From Thermoplasmatota archaeon (lineage in GTDB: Archaea > Thermoplasmatota > E2 > JACPAO01 > JAHFTW01), in NCBI GenBank assembly GCA_041636435.1, contig JBFKTF010000003.1:1-32607 (forward strand): a DNA stretch of 32,607 bases, read 5' to 3'. The position numbers and the translations under genes were made by a program. Within the stretch, counting starts at the first letter, position 1. Each line of letters begins with the position of its first letter. The notes under the pieces are model-generated. The model was given only the letters and a program-made list of their open reading frames with translations, had not been told where the DNA came from and did not search any database. Positions 26,821 to 32,607 of the stretch are shown here, one piece after another.

Positions 26821-27575
26821 CCGACCTGATGCGCTTCGTGGAGCACAGCACGCCCGACGTGCAAGCCCCGATTCTCGTCGAAGGCTTGCCCGGCGTGGGC
26901 AACGTGGGCAAGCTCGCCGCGCAACACCTCGTCGACAGCCTCGACTCGGAATTGTGGTGCGACATCTTCAGCCACGACTTCCCACCCCAAGTCACCGTCC
27001 AAGAGGACGGCACCGTGCGCATGGTCCGCAACCAACTCTGGTGGGTCCCTGCTCGGGACGATGCGCCCCCGCTGGTGCTCCTCACGGGCGACTACCAACC
27101 CCTCAGCAGCCCCGGCCAGTTCGCGCTCGTCGAAGGGGTGCTCGACCGCATCGAAGCGTTGGGTTGCAAGACCATGTACACCCTGGGCGGGTACGGCTTG
27201 GGCGCCGCCGTGGATGACCCCGAGGTCCTCGGCGCCGCGACCGACATCGACATGGTCGAAGAATTGCAAGGCCTCGGCGTGAAGTTCCAAGAGGACGAAC
27301 CCGGCGGCGGCATCATCGGCGCCAGCGGCCTGTTTCTGGGCCTTGGCATGGAACGTGGCCTGCGTGGCGCGTGCCTCATGGGCGAGACCAGCGGCTACAT
27401 GGTCGACCCCCAAGCCGCCGGCGCCGTCCTGGGCGTCTTGAGCAAGTTGCTGCAACGGGACATCGGCCTGGACGATCTGGACGACAAGGCCGCGGAGATT
27501 GACCGCATCGCCCAACAGCTGCACGAAGCCGAACAAGCGGCCCGCGAGCCCGGCGACCTGCACTACATCGGCTGA
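26817..27575 (+). CDS. Proteasome assembly chaperone (PAC2 family)
   Basis: 'EGLPGVGNVGKLAA', 'FPPQV', 'GDYQP', 'LMGETSGY', C-terminal 'LHYIG'. Confidence 0.93.
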   Translation: MTDLMRFVEHSTPDVQAPILVEGLPGVGNVGKLAAQHLVDSLDSELWCDIFSHDFPPQVTVQEDGTVRMVRNQLWWVPARDDAPPLVLLTGDYQPLSSPGQFALVEGVLDRIEALGCKTMYTLGGYGLGAAVDDPEVLGAATDIDMVEELQGLGVKFQEDEPGGGIIGASGLFLGLGMERGLRGACLMGETSGYMVDPQAAGAVLGVLSKLLQRDIGLDDLDDKAAEIDRIAQQLHEAEQAAREPGDLHYIG

Positions 27576-27642
27576 ATTGCCGCGATTCTTGCGCGTTCCA
27601 CGCCGCATGCCGTGATTTAAGGACCGGCACCCTTCCACGCGC

Positions 27643-29283
27643 GTGCCCCAGACCCGGCAACGGCCGTCCAAGATGGCCCGCTTCAACGAGATCGTGTCGA
27701 TCCTCGTCGAGAACGACTTCTGGGGATTGCTGCGTACCCTCATGCGCGGCGACCACACCCTCCGCGACGGCACCCCCGTCGCGGCCCGCGTCCGGCAAGT
27801 GCTGGAAGCCTTGGGTCCGACGTTCATCAAACTCGGGCAACTGATGGCCACGCGGCCCGACCTGGTGCCCCAAGAGTTTGCGGACGAGTTCAAGAAGCTC
27901 TACGACGGCACCGCTCCGAGTCCCTACGAGGACGTGCGCCGGGTCATCCAGGAGGAACTGGGCAAGGACGTCGAGCAAATCTTTGCTGCTTTCGACGAAA
28001 AGGCCCTGGCCAGCGCCAGCGTCGGCCAAGTCCACCAAGCGGTCCTGCAAGATGGGACCAAGGTCGCCGTCAAGGTGCAACACCCGGGCATCCAAGAGGA
28101 CATGCTGCTGGACTTTGAGATCCTGCGGGGCCTCGTCACGTTCATCGAGAAGACCTTCGCCGCCAGCCGGCTCTGGCAACCCAAGCAACACTTGGACGAA
28201 CTCAAGTCGATGCTGGAGCGGGAGCTCGACTATCGCTACGAGATGAAGAACACCCTGCGCGTCGCCCACAACTTCCGTAGCGACTCCGAGGTCCACATCC
28301 CCCGCATGCACACGGAGCTCTGCTCTGGGCGCGTCATGGTGATGGAGTTCATCGACGGCATCAAGTTCGCCCACGTGGACCACTTGGATGCCTTGGGCAT
28401 CGACCGCAAGAACGTCGCCCGCATCATCACGCACGCGATGGCCAAGCAGATCTTCGTCCACCGCATCTTCCACGCCGACCCGTCCCCGGGCAACATGATG
28501 ATTCTCAGCAGCGACCGGGTCGTCTTCCTGGACTTTGGCGCCGTGGGCATTGTCACGGAACGGCGCAGCAAGAACATCCTCAAGCTCATCACCAGCGTCG
28601 GCAAGAGCGACGTCGAAGGCATCGCCGAAGCGGTCATCGATCTGTGCGAACAGCACGGCGAATACGACCACAAGCGATTCATGAACGACGTCGAGCGGTT
28701 GTCCGACTTCATCGAACGGGAACAGGTCAGCGTGGCCGACCCACGCATGATGGAGATGATTCTCGACATGGCCAAGCGGCACAAGATGCTCTTGCCTGCC
28801 GACTTCATGCTCATCAGCCGGTCGTTGTTCCAATTCGATGGGTTCTGCCGCGAACTGGACCCCGACTACGACTTGGTCACGGTCCTGGATCCGCTGGTCG
28901 CGGAGCTGGTGTGGAAGAACATCACGAACACGAAGAAGCAGAAGGAGCTCGTCGAGGAGACCGTCGGGGAGTTGCTGCGCTTCGGGCGCACGTTCCCCCA
29001 CGCCCTGAACCAATTGGTCAAGCGCATCGAACGCAACGAATTGCGCACCACCATCGACGTGGCGGGCTTGGAAGGCATCAAGCAGAGCCAAGGCCGCAAC
29101 ATGCAGAAACTGGCCTTCACGGGCATCGTCTGCTCCCTCATCCTCGGATTGGCCGTGGTCTACACCGGCCCCGAACCAGGAACGCGGGGGTTGCAATTCA
29201 TGTTCCTCTCAGGGGGCATCATCGCCGCCTGGGCATTGGTTCTAATCTTCTGGTCCGAGATGATGAAGCGCCGGGACGATTGA
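27643..29283 (+). CDS. UbiB/ABC1 (AarF) atypical kinase with two C-terminal TM segments
   Basis: 'LGPTFIKLGQ', 'ASASVGQVH', 'VAVKVQHP', 'FHADPSPGN', 'LDFG'. Confidence 0.93.
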   Translation: MPQTRQRPSKMARFNEIVSILVENDFWGLLRTLMRGDHTLRDGTPVAARVRQVLEALGPTFIKLGQLMATRPDLVPQEFADEFKKLYDGTAPSPYEDVRRVIQEELGKDVEQIFAAFDEKALASASVGQVHQAVLQDGTKVAVKVQHPGIQEDMLLDFEILRGLVTFIEKTFAASRLWQPKQHLDELKSMLERELDYRYEMKNTLRVAHNFRSDSEVHIPRMHTELCSGRVMVMEFIDGIKFAHVDHLDALGIDRKNVARIITHAMAKQIFVHRIFHADPSPGNMMILSSDRVVFLDFGAVGIVTERRSKNILKLITSVGKSDVEGIAEAVIDLCEQHGEYDHKRFMNDVERLSDFIEREQVSVADPRMMEMILDMAKRHKMLLPADFMLISRSLFQFDGFCRELDPDYDLVTVLDPLVAELVWKNITNTKKQKELVEETVGELLRFGRTFPHALNQLVKRIERNELRTTIDVAGLEGIKQSQGRNMQKLAFTGIVCSLILGLAVVYTGPEPGTRGLQFMFLSGGIIAAWALVLIFWSEMMKRRDD

Positions 29284-29319
29284 CGGTCCCTTTTATTTGC
29301 ACCAGCTCGATGGAATGGC

Positions 29320-29817
29320 ATGAAGACCCTCCCGGTCCTCGCCATCGTTTCTGCCGTCGTCGGTGCCATCGGCGCCATCGTGTTCGTCGACCCCGCCCAG
29401 CTTCTGCTCGGCTTCCTGGCCGTCGCCCTTGGCGTGGTGGCCATCGTCATGCACCGGGCGCTGCCCGGCTTCGTGGTCGGCGGCGGCTCCATTGTCTTGG
29501 GCATTCTCGGAAGCCTCTGGGTCATCGGCAGCATCGGCGGTGAAGACGGCGAAGTCGGCTTTGGCGCCTCGCCCGAAATTGGCCACGCCGTGCTGGTGTT
29601 CACGATGCTCGCCACCGTGGGGCTCCTCTTGTGGGTCCACTTCCACGACATCGCCATGTGGGCCAAGGGCGTCGGCATCGCCAGCCTCGTCCTGACCCTC
29701 GTCTTGGCGCTCGTGTTCAACGGCCAACTGGGCGACCAATCGGCTGTTGGCGGTTTCGTCGTCGCCGCGGCCGCCCTCGCCGGCATCGTGGTCCCCATCG
29801 AACGCATGCGCGCATAG
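29320..29817 (+). CDS. Hypothetical membrane protein (~6 TM)
   Basis: Highly hydrophobic; TTTTAT TATA at 29291-29296. Confidence 0.7.
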   Translation: MKTLPVLAIVSAVVGAIGAIVFVDPAQLLLGFLAVALGVVAIVMHRALPGFVVGGGSIVLGILGSLWVIGSIGGEDGEVGFGASPEIGHAVLVFTMLATVGLLLWVHFHDIAMWAKGVGIASLVLTLVLALVFNGQLGDQSAVGGFVVAAAALAGIVVPIERMRA

Positions 29818-29855
29818 GCGACGGGCCTAAGAGCGACGCCCGACTCGGCCGCGCC

Positions 29856-31193
29856 ATGAGCCTCCGGACCCTGGGCTGCGGCCAGGTCACCAGCGAGCAC
29901 TACGGCACCACCCAGACCTTCGCCGGCTGGGTTGACAGCGTCCGCGCCAAGGGCAACATCGCCTTTCTGGAACTGCGCGACCGCACGGGCCGGGTCCAGT
30001 TCGTTCTCCTGAAGAAGAAGCTGGCCGAGGAGGCCCCCGGCTTGTTCGAGAGCCTCACCAAGCTCACCGCCGAATCTTGCGTCGCCATCACCGGCGAAGT
30101 CAAGGAATCGGACAAGGCCAAGGCCGGCTTCGAGGTCTTGCCCACCAGCGCCGAAATCCTCAACGTGGCCGAGACGCCCCTGCCCATGGCCCTCTGGGAC
30201 GATGACATCGAGACCGGCCTCGACACCCGCCTCGACAACCGCTTCCTCGACGTGCGCACCGACCGCGCCAACGCCATCTTCCAGATTCGCCACGAAGTGC
30301 TGCGCGCCGGCCGCGAATACCTCACGGCCCAGGGCTTCCAAGAAATCCACACCAGCAACATCATCGCCGCCAGCAGCGAAGGCGGCACGGACACCTTCAC
30401 GGTGGATTACTTCGGCCAGAAGTGCTTCCTCAGCCAGTCGCCCCAATTGTACAAGCAGATGATGATGGCGTCGGGCATGGACCGCGTCTTCGAAATTGCC
30501 CGTTACTTCCGCGCCGAGAAGCACTCCACCACGCGCCACCTGAACGAATCCACCGCCTTTGACTTGGAGCAGGCCTGGGTCCGCGATGAAGACGACGTCA
30601 TGCAGACCATCGAAGGTCTGCTGCACGCCATTTGGCAAGGCGTCGCCACCAACTGCGCCAAGCAAGTCGAAATCCTGGGCGCGGACGTCAAGGTCCCCGC
30701 GCTGCCATTCCGCCGCGTGCAATACGAAGAGGCGTTGGAGATCATCAACGGCCGCAGCGAACTGGGCCTCGAATTCGGTGACGACATCGGCACCGAAGCC
30801 GAGAAGGTCCTCGGCAAGGCCATGGAGGAAGAGGGCCACGAATTCTACTTCATCACCAAGTGGCCCCTGGCGCCCAAGCCGTTCTACATCCAACCCGAAG
30901 AAGGCGGCCAAGACAGCCGCCTGTGCCGCGCCTTCGACTTGGACTTCCGTGGCGTCGAACTCATTTCGGGTGGCCAACGCATCCACGACCCCGAGCTCTT
31001 GAAGCAGGGCATCGTACGCTGGGGCCTCGACCCCGCCGACTTCGGCGACTACCTCGAAGCGTTCCGATACGGCATGCCGCCCCACGGAGGCTGCGGCATC
31101 GGCATCGAACGCATCCTGATGCAGATGCTGGGCCTCGGCAACATCCGCGAAGCCATCCTGTTCCCGCGGGATATGGATCGGGTCACGCCGTAG
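29856..31193 (+). CDS. aspS: Aspartyl-tRNA synthetase (archaeal type)
   Basis: OB fold 'AGWV..VRAKG..FLELRDRTG', 'LDTRLDNR', 'LSQSPQLYKQ', 'FRAEKHSTTRHLNE', 'ELISGGQRIH', 'GMPPHGG.GIGIER', 'FPRD'. Confidence 0.96.
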   Translation: MSLRTLGCGQVTSEHYGTTQTFAGWVDSVRAKGNIAFLELRDRTGRVQFVLLKKKLAEEAPGLFESLTKLTAESCVAITGEVKESDKAKAGFEVLPTSAEILNVAETPLPMALWDDDIETGLDTRLDNRFLDVRTDRANAIFQIRHEVLRAGREYLTAQGFQEIHTSNIIAASSEGGTDTFTVDYFGQKCFLSQSPQLYKQMMMASGMDRVFEIARYFRAEKHSTTRHLNESTAFDLEQAWVRDEDDVMQTIEGLLHAIWQGVATNCAKQVEILGADVKVPALPFRRVQYEEALEIINGRSELGLEFGDDIGTEAEKVLGKAMEEEGHEFYFITKWPLAPKPFYIQPEEGGQDSRLCRAFDLDFRGVELISGGQRIHDPELLKQGIVRWGLDPADFGDYLEAFRYGMPPHGGCGIGIERILMQMLGLGNIREAILFPRDMDRVTP

Positions 31194-32050
31194 GCGTGTC
31201 CCGCGGATTGCGGCCCACTTGTGGGCCGTATGACCGCGTGACTCCGTAGGAGTCTCGTGGAGGTGGCGGTGCGCGGGCGCTCGCCTTGGCCGCATGGCCG
31301 CCATGGGAGGGTCCCGCATCCAGGGAACCATCGGTGCCAACGTGGGCATGTCCACGTCCAGCGGATGCACCGGAAGCGTGACACACAGGCCACTGTGGAA
31401 GGCGGCTTTCCCGAGAACGCCTTTGTCTGCCCCGTGTTTCATTGGGTTTGCCGCGCAAGCGGCGACGACGGTCGTCATGGCGCCCGGGACACCGGAGCCG
31501 GATCGTCGGTGGGTCACGGCCAGGGATGGTCGCGGCCCGGGAACCGCGCCCTTGGCCCGGTGACGCCCCACGGGGCGACGCCGTGCCCATCCAGGCGCCC
31601 GCGTCCCTCGGGATGCAGGCGGCCAAGGACTCGGTGACCACCGCCCCGGCAACGGCGGCGGCGCCGACGGACGGGGCCATGGCGCGCGGACGGGACGGGC
31701 TTGCCCGCCCCGCCCGCAACACCTGCGCACCGCGCGGGCCGTGGTCGCATCGCACCCGCCACGCAGCCGACCCGGTCGGAAGCCACCGGGGCCCTCGGGT
31801 GGGCACGTCGAGAGACGGGCCCGCGATGCCAGCGCATCCGCGCCGACCCCTGACCACATGGTCGGGCGGGCCGCTCATTGGGCTGCCCGCCTCGGAACGT
31901 CATCCGAGGGGGTTCACGGACGCGGCCACTTCGGTGGCCGCACCGTCGTCCCTGCGGCGGGGTCCTTCGGGGCTTCGCCGCAGGGCACTCTTGTGTCCTC
32001 CGTGGGCACTCCGCGCCGGTCTGGGTGGTCGCCGGCGCGGACCTGCCTAC
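31190..32050 (+). ncRNA. Candidate large structured non-coding RNA or non-autonomous element, family unknown
   Basis: No credible ORF; more than 15 hairpins by eye with cUUCGg and GCAA/GAGA tetraloops and G-U pairs favouring the + strand; closing stem gtaggcgtgtcc/ggacctgcctac. Confidence 0.6.
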
Positions 32051-32607
32051 ACGAACCGATGCACCGCACCTTGGTGGTCCACGACGTACAGCGTGCCCGA
32101 TGCGTCCTCACCAAAGCTGCTGATGCGCAAATCCGTGTCCAGCGTGTCTTGCAATGCCCAGCCGTCCCCCGTCGACACCACGGTGCGGATGGTGCCCGAG
32201 CAATAGTCTCCCAGCACGTACTTGCCGACGAGGCCCGACACGTCGCCGCGGTGCACGAAGCCGCCCGTCACCGAGCAGTCGCCTCCTTGGTTGGCGTACT
32301 CCGCCACCGGCAACACATGGTCGATGGCGACACCGGGTTCGTGCAAGTGCGTGCCCTCGTACACCGGCCAGCCGTAGTTGGCGCCCCCGTTGCCTCCGGC
32401 CGCCTCGAAATTGACTTCCTCCCAGGCATCCTGGCCCACGTCGGCAATCCATAGGTCCCCGGTGGCGCGGTCGAAGCTGAAACGCCACGGGTTGCGCAGG
32501 CCCCAGGCCCAGATCTCGTCGAGGGCGTCCGGGTCGCCCACGAAGGGGTTGTCGGGCGGCACCATGTAGGTCCGGCCGCGATCGACGTCGATGCGCAGGA
32601 TCTTGCC
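32047..32607 (-). CDS. PQQ-dependent glucose/sorbosone dehydrogenase (GSDH beta-propeller), 5' part outside the window
   Basis: 'GKILRIDV', 'PPDNPF', 'WAWGLRNPWRFSFD', 'DVGQDAWEEVN', 'NYGWP', 'SFGEDASG'. Confidence 0.92.
   Translation of the reverse strand, partial: GKILRIDVDRGRTYMVPPDNPFVGDPDALDEIWAWGLRNPWRFSFDRATGDLWIADVGQDAWEEVNFEAAGGNGGANYGWPVYEGTHLHEPGVAIDHVLPVAEYANQGGDCSVTGGFVHRGDVSGLVGKYVLGDYCSGTIRTVVSTGDGWALQDTLDTDLRISSFGEDASGTLYVVDHQGAVHRFV

Noticed and set aside
31194-32046. Identification of the structured region as RNase P RNA, SRP RNA, tRNA or a group II intron
   Set aside because: On neither strand did I find GAGGAA-NUCC/ACAGAA P4 motifs, an SRP helix-8 CAGG-GGAA-AGCA pattern, a tRNA cloverleaf or a D5 hairpin. 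GTGCG at 31269 and GAGCCGGAT at 31495 lack the required pairing context.
29160-32454. Long ORFs crossing the aspS-GSDH gap (899 aa minus; 31183-31878, 31257-31637, 31442-32206, 31741-32454)
   Set aside because: Low-complexity Arg/Pro/Ala/Gly translations with no motifs. They are antisense shadows or stop-poor GC-rich frames.
1-32607. CRISPR arrays, transposases, integrases or defence genes
   Set aside because: No regularly spaced direct repeats or corresponding protein motifs were seen.

Overview
GC-rich archaeal chromosomal segment, most consistent with Thermoplasmatota. This lineage call is inferred from the tandem ThyX, the archaeal information-processing genes and the TATA-box promoters. 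The window is mostly housekeeping: the end of an ABC transporter, presenilin-KH-RIO1-aIF1A, ThyX, DUF309/DsbA, a YvoF-like acetyltransferase, pyrF, aIF5A, an APC permease, an IMPase-NADK-JAMM-M50 operon, the conserved TFS-PCNA-PriL-PriS-GINS-L44e-S27e-aIF2alpha-Nop10-PAC2 cluster interrupted by accessory genes, a UbiB/ABC1 kinase, aspS and a partial PQQ-dependent sugar dehydrogenase. The standout unexplained element is the ~850-nt gap between the convergent aspS and GSDH genes (31190-32050). It has no credible ORF, folds by eye into many nested hairpins with + strand cUUCGg and GNRA tetraloops, and is closed by an imperfect terminal inverted repeat that includes both stop codons. It is a candidate large structured ncRNA or RNA-encoding MITE that matches no family I recognise. 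Secondary points are three paralogous lipoproteins inserted between PCNA and priL, a small secreted Cys-containing peptide, an orphan receiver protein with a helical partner, and apparently leaderless GUG-initiated genes. All calls are from motif reading by eye; no searches or folding programs were run.
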